The notes: generated from the sequence alone by a model not told the origin. 64,000 nucleotides of DNA from an uncultured Candidatus Binatia bacterium (GCA_965218425.1 OZ244621.1:576001-640000); one strand, 5' to 3'; positions 38,167 through 49,228 are shown, counted from the first letter of the stretch. Program-made: numbers and translations.

Positions 38167-39714
38167 TCAATGAAATTTTTCGATGAGGCAGTGCCCCGTC
38201 ATTTCAGTCGGTTGAGGGATTCCAAAAAGCTGGAGAATGGTGGGGGCAACATCAACGGCCGTTCCGGGGCGTAGTTGATTGATCTTGATCTGGTCATCCA
38301 CCAATATCAACGGAACCGGGTTACTGGTATGGGCCGTGTGAACGGAGCCAGTGTCGTAATCAATCATTTGTTCAGCATTGCCGTGATCCGCCGTGATAAC
38401 CAATCGACCCTTTTTCTGCAGCACAGCTCTCACTACTCTACCGACACATTCATCCGCCACCTCGCATGCGCGCAAGGTAGCCTTGAAGTCACCCGAATGC
38501 CCCACCATATCGCTGTTAGCAAAGTTAAGGATCACAAGCCCGTAGGAATCACCCGAAATCTCTTTCAGCAAAGTATCTGTGATTTCGTAGGCGCTCATTT
38601 CCGGTTTTAGATCATAGGTAGGGACTTCTTTCGCTGAAGGGACAAGAATCCGATTTTCAAGCGGAAAGCCTTGCTCCTCTCCGCCGTTGAAAAAATAGGT
38701 GACATGGGCGTATTTTTCAGTTTCCGCCAGGCGGAGCTGGGAAATGCCGCGACGACTGGCAACCTCGCCCAAAGTGTGAACCAGCTTCCGGGGCGGGAAG
38801 GCCACCGGGAGTTCAAAGGCACTGTCGTATTCCGTCATGGTCACAAAGGAAGATAGCGGGATTCGGCGCCAACGCGAGAACTCCTCAAATGCCGTCTGGG
38901 TAAAGGCCCTGGTCAACTGGCGAGCCCGGTCGGCCCTGAAATTGAAGAAAACCACGGAGTCTGCTTCCCGAATGGTCCCATTGGGATGGCAATCCTCAAT
39001 CAGGGTAGGGAGCACAAACTCGTCGGTGAGATCCTGCTGGTAGCTTTTACGGATCGCCTCCATAGCTGATGGAGCCCTGGATCCTATACCCTCTGTGAGG
39101 GCCAGATAGGCCTTTTCAATCCGATCCCAACGCTTGTCCCGATCCATGGCATAGTAGCGGCCGCTAAGGGATGCAATCTTCACTCCAGGAAAGGAAGGGA
39201 GTTTTTCGTTCAGTTCGCGCAAAAAACTCTCCCCGCTGGTGGGGGAAGTATCCCTGCCATCTAGAAAGAGATGGAGATAGACGTCCTCGACTTTCTGCAG
39301 CTTTGCCAACTCGAGGATAGCCTCAAGATGGCGCTGGTGGGCGTGGACACCTCCGTCCCCCAGAAGACCCAGGAGATGGAGTCTTGCGCTGGATTGCTTC
39401 ATGTGCTTCACCGCATCGATCAATACCTGGTTGGAAAAAAAACTGCCGTCATCAATGGCACGGTGAATGAGGGTAAGGCCCTGGTAGACAACCCGGCCCG
39501 AACCCAAATGCATGTGGCCCACCTCGGAATTACCCATTTGGCCCTCGGGAAGCCCTACGTGGAGCCCAGAAATTGAGATTAAGCTGGAAGGGCGAGATGC
39601 CACCAGCTCATCCATGTTCGGCGTAGCGGCCTGAAAAATGGCATTGCCCTCAGTTTTAGGGTTCACTCCCCACCCGTCGAGGATGACTAGGACAAGAGGT
39701 CGTTGATCTTGCAA
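38167..39714 (-). CDS. gpmI: 2,3-bisphosphoglycerate-independent phosphoglycerate mutase
   Basis: ILDGWG, GQMGNSEVGH, AETEKYAHVT and TADHGNAE. Confidence 0.97.
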   Translation of the reverse strand: MQDQRPLVLVILDGWGVNPKTEGNAIFQAATPNMDELVASRPSSLISISGLHVGLPEGQMGNSEVGHMHLGSGRVVYQGLTLIHRAIDDGSFFSNQVLIDAVKHMKQSSARLHLLGLLGDGGVHAHQRHLEAILELAKLQKVEDVYLHLFLDGRDTSPTSGESFLRELNEKLPSFPGVKIASLSGRYYAMDRDKRWDRIEKAYLALTEGIGSRAPSAMEAIRKSYQQDLTDEFVLPTLIEDCHPNGTIREADSVVFFNFRADRARQLTRAFTQTAFEEFSRWRRIPLSSFVTMTEYDSAFELPVAFPPRKLVHTLGEVASRRGISQLRLAETEKYAHVTYFFNGGEEQGFPLENRILVPSAKEVPTYDLKPEMSAYEITDTLLKEISGDSYGLVILNFANSDMVGHSGDFKATLRACEVADECVGRVVRAVLQKKGRLVITADHGNAEQMIDYDTGSVHTAHTSNPVPLILVDDQIKINQLRPGTAVDVAPTILQLFGIPQPTEMTGHCLIEKFH

Positions 39715-39787
39715 GGGCGGTCTCTCCTGGTTTACGGTGAGGCTTTTCTGGGACTAAAGGACCCTCCAAGGGCTCGTTTTTTAACCG

Positions 39788-40192
39788 TTAGGTGGTGGAT
39801 TCAGTCCTAAAACTGAACTGGTTAACCAGGGTCGAATAGGGCTCCGGCAGGCTTACTCGAGTTGCGTGTGACCAGAGTCCTTCCAGGTCATAAAATTCCC
39901 GCACCGGTTGATAGAAGACATGAACAATGACGTCGTCAAAATCCATCAAAACCCATTGCCCCCGGGTTCGCCCCTCCACGGAAAGCGGCTTAACGCTCTG
40001 TTTCCCTAGGTCTTCTTCGATGCCCTGCGCTATGCTTTGAACCTGCCGGTCAGAACGCCCGGAGCAAATAATGAAATAGTCGGCAATGGAGGTAACTTCG
40101 TTGACCTCTAACAAAACCAGATCGTTGGCTTTTTTATCCAGGGCAAAACGGCTTATGAGAAGGGCCTTATCCCAGGATTCCATCGAAGTCAA
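39788..40192 (-). CDS. rsfS: Ribosome silencing factor
   Basis: DKKA, DYFIICSG and WVLMD..DVIVHVF...FYDLEGLW. Confidence 0.95.
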   Translation of the reverse strand: MTSMESWDKALLISRFALDKKANDLVLLEVNEVTSIADYFIICSGRSDRQVQSIAQGIEEDLGKQSVKPLSVEGRTRGQWVLMDFDDVIVHVFYQPVREFYDLEGLWSHATRVSLPEPYSTLVNQFSFRTESTT

Positions 40193-40860
40193 TCTTTTGA
40201 TCGTCCCTCCCGGGGCACCTGATACAGCGCCTTTTTATCTATATAGGATTCAACCTTTTGCGGCAGTAAATACCGAATTGACTTCCCCTTAGCTAACCGT
40301 TTTCTGATCTCAGAGGCAGAGATCCCAAGATCCGTAAGCCTACAAAAACAAAGATGTTTTCCACTTTCGTGACGAATGCTGTCGTTGCCTGGATCATAAC
40401 AAAATCCCCCCCGCACCGCAACGGGTATGGTCTTCAACGACAGGGCGTCGCCGGACCCAGGCCGGGAAGTCACGATGAGGTTGCACAGAGGGAATATCTC
40501 ATCCACGTTTTTCCAGGAATCAATGGCCATAAAGGTGTCCAGACCGAGAATAAAATAGAGCGAGTCCTTTGCCAATTGCTTCCTGGTAAAATAGCGGATT
40601 GTATCGATGGAATAGGACTTGCCAGGCCGTGACAGCTCTACGGCTGAGACGCCAAAGTGTCGGTTGCCGCCAACGGCCAAACGAACCATTCGCAATCGCT
40701 CTTCAGCCGATGTGGTCGGCCTTCTTCTTTTATGAGGAGGCGTGGAAGCGGGAATAAATATAATTCGATCCAGAGAAAAGGTCTCTCGAACCTCCTCGGC
40801 GCTTCTGAGGTGACCCCAGTGAATCGGATCGAAGGTGCCGCCAAATAGGCCGATCCTCAT
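40189..40860 (-). CDS. nadD: Nicotinate-nucleotide adenylyltransferase
   Basis: GGTFDPIHWGHL, PPHK and ISASEIR. Confidence 0.96.
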   Translation of the reverse strand: MRIGLFGGTFDPIHWGHLRSAEEVRETFSLDRIIFIPASTPPHKRRRPTTSAEERLRMVRLAVGGNRHFGVSAVELSRPGKSYSIDTIRYFTRKQLAKDSLYFILGLDTFMAIDSWKNVDEIFPLCNLIVTSRPGSGDALSLKTIPVAVRGGFCYDPGNDSIRHESGKHLCFCRLTDLGISASEIRKRLAKGKSIRYLLPQKVESYIDKKALYQVPREGRSKD

Positions 40861-42137
40861 TCTCGTATCTGCCCGTCGCCAAAGACTATGAACTTTGTTG
40901 TAGTGAGCTCCTCCAGACCCATGGGACCAAAGGCATGGATCTTGCTCGTACTGATGCCGATCTCAGCGCCCAATCCTAACTCTCCCCCGTCATTAAAACG
41001 GGTGGAGGCGTTGACAAGCACCGCCGAGGAATTAACCCGGTTTACAAACTGCCTGGATTTTTCATAGTCAGAGGTTAATATGGTTTCCGTGTGCTGCGAG
41101 CCGTATTGCTCGATATGCTCGACGGCTTCGTTCATGTCGTCCACCACCCGAACCGCCAGAACCAAGTCGAGATATTCAGTTGTCCAGTCCTCGTCCCTGG
41201 CGGCTTTGACACCCGGCGCCAACAATTGCGTCCTTTTACAACCGCGAATCTCCACACCGGACTGCTGAAATTTGACGATCATGTTTGGTAAGAACTTGGG
41301 CGCAATGGACTCATGAACTAACAGGGTCTCCATGGCATTGCAGACGGATGGACGCTGAACTTTGGCGTTCATACAAACCCGCTCGGCCATTTCCAAGGAG
41401 GCATCGGACTCCACGTAAACGTGGCAGACTCCCTTGTAGTGTTTGACCACGGGAACTCGTGAGTTTCCCGCCACCCGACGAATCAATTCTTCTCCGCCCC
41501 GGGGAATAATCAGATCGATGTATTCCTCCAACTGAAGCAGTTCATCCACCATTTCCCGGTCCTTGGACTTCACCACCTGAACCGTCCCCTTTGCCATGTG
41601 GGCCTCTATGCAGGCCTCCTCGAGCACCGCACCGATGGCCTGGTTTGAATGATAGGCCTCGCTACCCCCACGTAGAATGACGGCGTTCCCCGATTTGAGA
41701 CATAGAGCCGCGGCATCGGCGGTCACATTGGGCCGAGCTTCGTAAATCATGGCGATGACGCCAAGGGGGATACGCATACGCCCCACCTGGAGACCGTTGG
41801 GGCGGCGCCACATCTTAACCACCTCACCCACCGGATCGCCCATGGCGGCCACCTCTCTGATTCCATTGGCCATGGCCTGGACGCGACCCGCATCGAGGGC
41901 GAGCCGATCCAGCAAGGCTTCTGAAACGCCCGCCTTGCGCGCCGACTTCAGGTCCTTGGCGTTCTCCTTCAGCAAAAGATCCTTCTTTTTCTCCAACTCT
42001 TCCGCCATAAGAAAAAGAGCCCGGCTCCTCACCCCTGAAGAAACCTCGGCCAGCCGGCTTGCAGCCTTCTTTGCATTTTGTCCTAACCGGACAGCTTCCT
42101 CTCTTAAAGACATCTTTTGCGCTTGCACTTTAGCCAT
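40857..42137 (-). CDS. proA: Glutamate-5-semialdehyde dehydrogenase
   Basis: IYEARPNVT, IIPRGG, VCNAMETLL and NASTRFNDG. Confidence 0.97.
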   Translation of the reverse strand: MAKVQAQKMSLREEAVRLGQNAKKAASRLAEVSSGVRSRALFLMAEELEKKKDLLLKENAKDLKSARKAGVSEALLDRLALDAGRVQAMANGIREVAAMGDPVGEVVKMWRRPNGLQVGRMRIPLGVIAMIYEARPNVTADAAALCLKSGNAVILRGGSEAYHSNQAIGAVLEEACIEAHMAKGTVQVVKSKDREMVDELLQLEEYIDLIIPRGGEELIRRVAGNSRVPVVKHYKGVCHVYVESDASLEMAERVCMNAKVQRPSVCNAMETLLVHESIAPKFLPNMIVKFQQSGVEIRGCKRTQLLAPGVKAARDEDWTTEYLDLVLAVRVVDDMNEAVEHIEQYGSQHTETILTSDYEKSRQFVNRVNSSAVLVNASTRFNDGGELGLGAEIGISTSKIHAFGPMGLEELTTTKFIVFGDGQIRE

Positions 42138-42261
42138 CAGGTAACAGCATTCACTCTTATATTCAACCTAACGTTGAATCCGACCTCCGTCTCTGATTTC
42201 CGATTCCCGACTTTTCACTTCCAAGCAAGCCACGGCTGAAAGCAAATCGCTGAAAAGCAAT

Positions 42262-43413
42262 CTAGAGCAGCACCAGGTCATCGCGATGGATGATTTCGTC
42301 GTAGGCCTTATAGCCAAGCGTTTTTTCGATCCCTGAAGTGTGCATTCCCTTGATTTGGTTCAGCTCCGGGGCACTGTAGTTGACCAGCCCCCGGGCAAAC
42401 TCTCGTCCGTCGGTATCCAGGCAACGCACGCAATCCCCAACTCCAAAGGAGCCTCGAACCTCCCTCAATCCTGACGGAAGGAGACTCTTTCCCTTCTTGA
42501 CCAGAGCTTCATAGGCTCCATGGTCAACCACAATCTCCCCCAACGGTCGAAGGTTATGAGCGATCCAATGCTTGCGATTGGCAAGTCTACTCTCTTCCGG
42601 AAGAATCAGAGTGCCCACGTCTTCCTTGGCATTGAAGACTCGATGCAAGATTCCATCTTCCATACCGTTGGCAATGATGGTGGGGATACCAGATGACGCC
42701 GCCTTCTCCCCCGCCTCGATCTTTGAGGATATGCCTCCCGTCCCATAAGGGCCCCGGCCGCTGTCACCGGGCTTTTCCTTGAATTCCTTGAGATCGGAGA
42801 TTAAAGGGATCAACCGCGCCTTTGGATGATTGCGCGGGTCCTGATCATAAACGCCATTGACATCGCTCAACATCACCAACAAGTCAGCCTCCAGGAGGGT
42901 CGCCACTAAGGAAGACAAATGATCGTTATCGCCAAATTTCATTTCTTCAACGGCAACGGTGTCGTTTTCATTCACAATGGGTGTGATCTTTGACTCTAAG
43001 AGAGTGAACAGAGTATGTTTAGCGTTCAAATAGCGGTGACGATCGGACAAATCTTGGTGTGTGAGCAGGACCTGTGCAACGCTCTTGTTAAATTCAGAGA
43101 AAAGCCTCTCGTAGAGGGCCATGAGTTTGATCTGCCCCACCGCCGCCAGGGCCTGCTTGTGTGGGATCGTCTTGGGTCTCTCTCTCAAACCAAGGCGTGC
43201 CATGCCCGCCGCTACGGCTCCCGATGAGACCACCACCACCTCTTTTTTTTGATCGTGGAGGACCGCGAGATCCGACACCAGAACTCGAATTCTCTCCTCC
43301 TCCACTCCATTGAACGAAGAGAGTATCTGACTCCCGATCTTGATAACCACACGACGGGTCTTAGGCAAAAGGCGTTTCTTAAAGTCCTCTTGTGACACCG
43401 GTAGTACCCTCAA
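42262..43413 (-). CDS. proB: Glutamate 5-kinase
   Basis: VIKIGS, VSSGAV and NENDTV...FGDNDHLS; PUA domain with SLLPSG. Start may be a few codons downstream. Confidence 0.97.
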   Translation of the reverse strand: MRVLPVSQEDFKKRLLPKTRRVVIKIGSQILSSFNGVEEERIRVLVSDLAVLHDQKKEVVVVSSGAVAAGMARLGLRERPKTIPHKQALAAVGQIKLMALYERLFSEFNKSVAQVLLTHQDLSDRHRYLNAKHTLFTLLESKITPIVNENDTVAVEEMKFGDNDHLSSLVATLLEADLLVMLSDVNGVYDQDPRNHPKARLIPLISDLKEFKEKPGDSGRGPYGTGGISSKIEAGEKAASSGIPTIIANGMEDGILHRVFNAKEDVGTLILPEESRLANRKHWIAHNLRPLGEIVVDHGAYEALVKKGKSLLPSGLREVRGSFGVGDCVRCLDTDGREFARGLVNYSAPELNQIKGMHTSGIEKTLGYKAYDEIIHRDDLVLL

Positions 43414-44404
43414 CCGATTTGTTTTGTTCCAGCTTGGTCCCGATCAATCCCTTGAGTTCGTCCAATCCCTCGTGGGTGGCCGCAGATATGGCACAAAAAG
43501 GAATTTTCCCTTCCAGAAGCTTGAGATTCTCCCTGGCCCCAGGCAAATCAATCTTGTTGACCACCACGAGCTGTGGCTTAAGAACCAGGTTAAGACCCGA
43601 CAGCTCCAGCTCGCGATTGACGGCAATATAGTCAGCCAGAGGATCTTCTTCCACAATGTTCGACCCATCCAACAAATGAATTAACAGGCTGGTACGGCTC
43701 ACATGCCGCAAAAACCTATCTCCAAGCCCCTCTCCTCGATGGGCGCCCTCGATGAGCCCAGGAATATCCGCAAGGACAAAACTGCCATCGTCGCCATAGG
43801 AAACCACCCCGAGGTTGGGCACGAGTGTCGTAAAAGGATAATCAGCAATCTTCGGTCGCGCGGCTGACACGGCAGCGATCAAAGTAGACTTCCCCACGTT
43901 GGGAAGCCCAACGATCCCCACATCAGCCAGGAGCCTAAGCTCCAGATGGAGTTCCTTCTCTTCTCCCGCAAGTCCCGGCTGAGCGCGACGTGGACTGCGG
44001 TTCGTAGATGAAACGAAATGCGCATTTCCTTTTCCCCCCAATCCTCCTGCCGCCACCACCACCCGATCCATCGGCGTCTCGAGGTCGGCCATGAACTCAC
44101 CCGTTTGTACGTTTCGAATGATGGTACCCACTGGAACGGCGACGGTCCTGTCCTCTCCGCTTTTTCCATGTTGATCTTTTCCCCTGCCGTGCTCACCCCT
44201 GTCGGCCCGATACAGCTTCTGAAAGCGTAAATCCAACAAGGTAGAGAGCTGAGGATTTGCCACAACACAAACGTCTCCTCCCTTCCCACCGTTGCCGCCG
44301 TTGGGTCCTCCCCGGGCTTCAAACTTCTCCCTTCGAAAACTCACACACCCGCGACCCCCATCACCAGCCCTCACTTTGATTTTTACCTCATCCACAAACT
44401 TCAT
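43379..44404 (-). CDS. obgE: GTPase ObgE
   Basis: FVDEV, SFRREKF, GLPNVGKST, DIPGLIEGA and NKID. Confidence 0.97.
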   Translation of the reverse strand: MKFVDEVKIKVRAGDGGRGCVSFRREKFEARGGPNGGNGGKGGDVCVVANPQLSTLLDLRFQKLYRADRGEHGRGKDQHGKSGEDRTVAVPVGTIIRNVQTGEFMADLETPMDRVVVAAGGLGGKGNAHFVSSTNRSPRRAQPGLAGEEKELHLELRLLADVGIVGLPNVGKSTLIAAVSAARPKIADYPFTTLVPNLGVVSYGDDGSFVLADIPGLIEGAHRGEGLGDRFLRHVSRTSLLIHLLDGSNIVEEDPLADYIAVNRELELSGLNLVLKPQLVVVNKIDLPGARENLKLLEGKIPFCAISAATHEGLDELKGLIGTKLEQNKSVEGTTGVTRGL

Positions 44405-44482
44405 AAGCACACGGGCCAGCTACATCCCGCAATCCATCTTCATTCTTCATTGCCTATCGTTCATCATTGCCCTTTCGTTGGC

Positions 44483-44509
44483 AAAAAAAAAGCCCCGAAC
44501 GGGGCTTTT
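44483..44509 (-). terminator. Intrinsic terminator after rpmA
   Basis: Minus strand AAAAGCCCC-GTTC-GGGGC followed by a T9 tract. Confidence 0.85.
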
Positions 44510-44527
44510 GGGCCAGGTGACGTAAAA

Positions 44528-44782
44528 CTAAGCCGGCACGACGCTCACCTTTTTTCTCTCTCTATCCAGCCTTTCATAAAGCACCGATCCGTCGATTTTA
44601 GCAAATAAGGTGTAATCTCGACCCATGCCGACATTTTTTCCCGGGTGAATACGCGTCCCTAACTGACGCACGATGATGTTGCCGGAACGAACCTGCTGGC
44701 CGCCGTATATCTTCACACCCCGTCTCTGTCCCTTGCTGTCCCTACCGTTTCGTGAACTTCCACCTGCTTTTTTATGAGCCAT
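44528..44782 (-). CDS. rpmA: 50S ribosomal protein L27
   Basis: [16 protein letters not shown]. Confidence 0.99.
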   Translation of the reverse strand: MAHKKAGGSSRNGRDSKGQRRGVKIYGGQQVRSGNIIVRQLGTRIHPGKNVGMGRDYTLFAKIDGSVLYERLDRERKKVSVVPA

Positions 44783-44793
44783 GAGCTTCGCCT

Positions 44794-45105
44794 CTACGCC
44801 TGAATATCTAGAATCTTCAACTTTGTTAACCTTTGCCTATGTCCTTGTTTGCGGCTGTAAGCCTTACGTCTCTTCTTTTTAAAAACGATTATCTTTTTAG
44901 CGAGTGTCTGTTCAACAATTTCCGCGGTAACTCTCACATCCGCCAAAACGGGAGTGCCAATCTTGACCTCTTCGTTTCCTCCAATCAAAAGCACTGGTTC
45001 CAGAACAACCTGCTCCCCCACCTCGCCGGTCAGCAACTCCACATCAACGGTGTCCCCCTGGGACACCCGATACTGCTTTCCACCTGTCTTTACCACCGCA
45101 TACAT
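44794..45105 (-). CDS. rplU: 50S ribosomal protein L21
   Basis: [12 protein letters not shown]...GHRQ. Confidence 0.99.
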   Translation of the reverse strand: MYAVVKTGGKQYRVSQGDTVDVELLTGEVGEQVVLEPVLLIGGNEEVKIGTPVLADVRVTAEIVEQTLAKKIIVFKKKRRKAYSRKQGHRQRLTKLKILDIQA

Positions 45106-45232
45106 GGTTCAACTCCCTTAAGTCGGCATTTTTAATGGAAATTACCTTCAATGTCAACTAACGCGATAAAGGCCGGGCCATCTCAAAACAAGGATAATCA
45201 CCGCATCCTTGCGAAAAGGAAGCCTAAGTACC

Positions 45233-45787
45233 TTAAACCCTTGTAATTAAAGGATTCCGGCAGCTGGTGGCGTTTTGAGAATGAAACAAGCCGTACCAGT
45301 AAAGGCCAAGGGTCGGGGTCGACAGCACAAGAGCCAGGAGAAAGCTGCCGAATAGATCCCTTCCGCTGCCGTTGAATTGGAATTCTTCGTTGCCGAAATA
45401 GGAACGGGACGTCATGAGCAGGTACTTCTTCGTTGTAAAAAAAGATAGTATAGGCCTAGGGTGACCGTGGAAAGGAGCGATCCGCCCATAAAGACCTTGA
45501 AGAAATCCCACACCCGTCCGCGGAACGAGAAGCGGGTTCCCCGCCAGGAGGTTCGACTCATACGGTAGCGACGGGAGGCCACGGTGACGAAAGGAATTAG
45601 AAAGATGAGGAAGTATACCACCAACCCCGTGGAGACCTTGATCAGCTCCCCTACGTCAAGAACATCGAGAACCACGGTCAATAGGGTCAGGAGGGCCAGG
45701 GGGATCCCGAACACGACCATGGCCTTAAGGAAACCGAAGCGGGCTTGCTTCAGGCCACATATTTGTCCAAAGACATCCAGGAGAAAA
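45233..45787 (-). pseudogene. YjgN/DUF898 membrane protein fragment, frameshifted and truncated
   Basis: RRYRMSRTSWRGTRFSFRG...TLGLYY, then a frame switch near the T7 run at 45437-45443 to SYFGNEEFQFNGSG...TLGLYW. No start codon or N-terminus. Confidence 0.75.
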
Positions 45788-47074
45788 TCAGGAATTCTCC
45801 GACAGGGGGCTTGCTTTCCGAGCACCCACCAGAGCCAAAAGCACCATCCCCGCAAGGTATGAGGCACCGGCCAGGTAAAATGCCGGGGTGAAACCATACC
45901 GATCCAAGACAAACCCAGACAAGAGGGTCCAGAAAGGACCAGACATGAAACCGATAAAGTAGTAGAGAGAGAATGCCGCATCAGCGATATCGTCGGTGGC
46001 AAAATCACCAATCATGGCCTGGGTCAAGGTGCCCCTTGCCTGGACAAAGGTCCCGTAGAGCAGGAGATTTATGAAAAGTAAGAGGCCCATTGAGGTTTGG
46101 TGGGCGAGCCAGAAGGTACAGACTGCCGACAGCAGCAACGTGCTCTGAACCACCAGCGCCCTTCGTCCCACCCGGTCGGAAATCCAAGCCACGGCCAACG
46201 GACCCGCTACTCCAGCCGCTTCAAGAACCATAAGCAAAAAACCCGCTTGCGAAACGGTGAGATGGAATCTCTCCATAAAGTACGGGACGAGATAGGCCGT
46301 GTTAAATCCCGTGCCACGACCAGCCGCTCCCACCATCAAGATCAAAGATGTAAAAACGATATTACGATTTTTGAGGCACTGCCAATAGGCATCCAAACCA
46401 GCTTGCGCGGCCTTCTTCTTGCCCATTCTCGCGCTGCTCGGCACCCGATCGCGCAGCAAAAAGTAGCACACACCCATCAGGATGCTCGGAACTCCAAGGA
46501 TGAGAAAGACCTGCCTCCATCCCATAACGAGAAGTAGCGAGGCGGCAACGGCGGGGGCAAGAAAAGAACCGATATTGCCGGCGGTATGATGAAGCATCAA
46601 AGCCCGGCCGCGAGCCTTGGGAAAATAGCCTGACAAAATGCTGGCCCCCATGGGATTTTGCGCGCTTGCGCCAAGGCTGGAAAAAACACGGGCCCCCAAT
46701 AGCTGGCCATAGTTGCCAAGAAAGGCATGAACAATCACCGACACACCCAGGATCGTGTTTCCTACCCCGAGAATCACTGCTCGCTTCATGAAGGCCGCCA
46801 GAAAACCATAAATCACCTGAAGGCCCTGAGCGGCGAAGTGGTGCGCCGCGGAAAGGATTCCGAGCTGAAGATAACCAAAGCCAAGCTCCTTCATCATGGC
46901 GGGGAAAAGCACCGATGTAACACCTGACTGGATGTGATTAAGTGTATGGGAAGAACAGACAAGCCCCAGGACAAAGGATTTCTGCGCCTGGCTCACTTCA
47001 TCAGCTTGGGCTCCAGTAGCAGCGGATGAAACCGCCGCTTCCGAAGCTCCTACCGTTACTTCGTTTTGAGCCAT
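45788..47074 (-). CDS. MFS transporter (paralog of 4715-5959)
   Basis: About 12 TM segments, AWISDRVGRR, and shared MVGAAGRGTG motif. Confidence 0.9.
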   Translation of the reverse strand: MAQNEVTVGASEAAVSSAATGAQADEVSQAQKSFVLGLVCSSHTLNHIQSGVTSVLFPAMMKELGFGYLQLGILSAAHHFAAQGLQVIYGFLAAFMKRAVILGVGNTILGVSVIVHAFLGNYGQLLGARVFSSLGASAQNPMGASILSGYFPKARGRALMLHHTAGNIGSFLAPAVAASLLLVMGWRQVFLILGVPSILMGVCYFLLRDRVPSSARMGKKKAAQAGLDAYWQCLKNRNIVFTSLILMVGAAGRGTGFNTAYLVPYFMERFHLTVSQAGFLLMVLEAAGVAGPLAVAWISDRVGRRALVVQSTLLLSAVCTFWLAHQTSMGLLLFINLLLYGTFVQARGTLTQAMIGDFATDDIADAAFSLYYFIGFMSGPFWTLLSGFVLDRYGFTPAFYLAGASYLAGMVLLALVGARKASPLSENS

Positions 47075-47201
47075 GGGGTGCTTTGATTCCCCCGAAACCT
47101 ACTTCGGCTTAGATACTTTGATTTATGGTAAATTTGGAATGAGACAAACAATACAAACAGGAGGATTCATCATCTTCGTACAACCACTCACCGCTCTCCC
47201 C

Positions 47202-47696
47202 CTAAAGCGGTGTCAACCAATTCTCAAGGGCGCCGGGAGCCCACTGCATTCCCAGATAGTATTCGAAAAGGCCCCAAAGCAACCCCGCTGTGCCTGCGGT
47301 CATCGCCAGGGAAAAGACCCAACTCTCCCGCGCCTCGACTTTTGTGTATAAGAAAACAAAGAGAGAAACTGAGTATGCAAAACCCAAAAGCCACACTCCT
47401 AGCGCAATGCCGGCCATCCAACCGAAAAATCCAAGAGTACGAACTATCTCCAACCTGGGCGGAACTGTACGCTCGTAGACCTCGTCCACCTGGGTCCCCT
47501 GTCCCCGGCTAGAATCCTTTTCCAACCATCCGGTGGAGTCCCGCCAGAACTGGACCAGGGACAAGGCCAGTCCCGGGAACCCTATGGACCATGGAAACAG
47601 ACTTGCCTGGAGGAGCCAATCCCGGGACAAAATAATCGTCCCAGCGAAGAAAATCACGAACGACAGGCTCACCAAATTCTCCGGCTTGAAGCTCAT
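47202..47696 (-). CDS. tctB: Tripartite tricarboxylate transporter TctB-like subunit
   Basis: Small protein with about 4-5 TM segments (ASLFP...GLFEYYLG), overlapping the tctA stop. Confidence 0.75.
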   Translation of the reverse strand: MSFKPENLVSLSFVIFFAGTIILSRDWLLQASLFPWSIGFPGLALSLVQFWRDSTGWLEKDSSRGQGTQVDEVYERTVPPRLEIVRTLGFFGWMAGIALGVWLLGFAYSVSLFVFLYTKVEARESWVFSLAMTAGTAGLLWGLFEYYLGMQWAPGALENWLTPL

Positions 47697-49177
47697 GATT
47701 CTTCCGACTCTCCCCCTGACCTGCGAGCTCGAAGAGAAACGATCAGTCCCACTACGATGAGAGGTAACAGGATCATAACCCCGGGGCGCACTAGGAATCC
47801 CGCCCCATAGGCTGCTACTGATATAAACAGGTACTTCTCCATGAGCCTCCCCAGCACTGCTCCCAGGACCAACGGCGGCCTCGGATAGCCATAACGCTTC
47901 ATGATGACACCGATCACGCCGAATAAGCAGAGGAGGATCACATCCATCATGTCCCGAGTTGCCATATAGGCGCCCAGGAAGCTAGCGCCCAGGATGATGG
48001 GTACCAGGACCGAATATCGCAACGAGGCTATCTTCGACAACTGGGGGATAAAGGCAAGACAAATCACACCGCCTATCAGGGAAGAAAAGGTCATCACCCA
48101 TAGCATATAGAAGACGAGGTCCATCCTGTTCTCCAACAGGCTGGGACCCGGAGTGATCCCCATGATAATAAGGGCGAGCATGAAAAGGGCATTGGTGGTG
48201 CTCCCTGGTACGCCAAAGGCAAGGGTGGGAATCAACTCTCCACCATCTTTGGAGCTGTTTGTCGTATCTGGAGCAATGACCCCGCGGACGTCCCCTTGAC
48301 CGAAGTTCGTTTTCCCCTTGCTGGTCTGCACCGCATGGGCATAGGCGAGCCAATCAGCCACCTGAGAACCCAAACCGGGGGTCGCGCCGATGATGACCCC
48401 GAGGACACTGCAACGCAGGACCAGCCACCAATTGTGAAGGGTGTCTTTGATTCCCTGAAGCATACCAGTCCCCAAGGGAGCGCTGTGTTGCTCCACGCCC
48501 ATCCTGCGAACCGCAAGATCCAGGCAGGCGGGCACAGCGAAAACACCCAAAGCGATAATCGTCAGGGGGATTCCATCAATGAGGTAGGGCAGCCCCAGCA
48601 TGAATCTGGGGACTCCAACGTTCAAATCCATTCCGACCATGGTAACGCTTAGACCAAAGGCGGCCGAAATCAATCCCTTGATGGGTTGTGGTCCGGCCAA
48701 CAGTGAGACCGTACTGATCCCCCAAATAACGAGAACCAGGAGTTCCGGGGCACCGATCAAAAGGATCAGGGGTCTCAACAGCGGGATGGTAATGCCCATC
48801 ACCACGATGCCAAAGAGACCACCCAGAATGCTCGCGCTGAAACCCGCGGCCAGGGCCCGTTTAGCCTCCCCCTTCTGCCCCATAGGGTATCCGTCCAAGA
48901 TGATGGCCTGTGCCCCTGCCCCGCCGGGTATGGAGAAAAGAACGGGAAGGAAGGTATTTCCCGTGTTGGTTACCGTGTCCATTCCCAGCAATAGGGCAAT
49001 GGCAATATAAGGATCGAACTGGACTACGATGGGAATGAGCAGCGAATAGGCCAGCGGCAGCCCCAGACCTTGAGGGGTCACGGCGATAAAGGTGCCTATA
49101 CCGATTCCCACGAGCATGGCACCGAAGAGCGTCGGTTGTAGGACTGTTAGCGGTCCCTGAAGGAATGCTTCCAACAT
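47693..49177 (-). CDS. tctA: Tripartite tricarboxylate transporter permease TctA
   Basis: DGYPMGQKG, RGVIAPD...IPTLAFGVPGS and GITPGP. Confidence 0.93.
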   Translation of the reverse strand: MLEAFLQGPLTVLQPTLFGAMLVGIGIGTFIAVTPQGLGLPLAYSLLIPIVVQFDPYIAIALLLGMDTVTNTGNTFLPVLFSIPGGAGAQAIILDGYPMGQKGEAKRALAAGFSASILGGLFGIVVMGITIPLLRPLILLIGAPELLVLVIWGISTVSLLAGPQPIKGLISAAFGLSVTMVGMDLNVGVPRFMLGLPYLIDGIPLTIIALGVFAVPACLDLAVRRMGVEQHSAPLGTGMLQGIKDTLHNWWLVLRCSVLGVIIGATPGLGSQVADWLAYAHAVQTSKGKTNFGQGDVRGVIAPDTTNSSKDGGELIPTLAFGVPGSTTNALFMLALIIMGITPGPSLLENRMDLVFYMLWVMTFSSLIGGVICLAFIPQLSKIASLRYSVLVPIILGASFLGAYMATRDMMDVILLCLFGVIGVIMKRYGYPRPPLVLGAVLGRLMEKYLFISVAAYGAGFLVRPGVMILLPLIVVGLIVSLRARRSGGESEES

Positions 49178-49228
49178 CGGAAAGCAAACTACTCCTTTTT
49201 AGACATATCTCCCTCAGGGGTAGTCTAG

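Noticed and set aside
45412..46011. 199-aa ORF as an intact gene
   Set aside because: Its first part is an off-frame reading of the MFS 3' end; only the distal part resembles DUF898.
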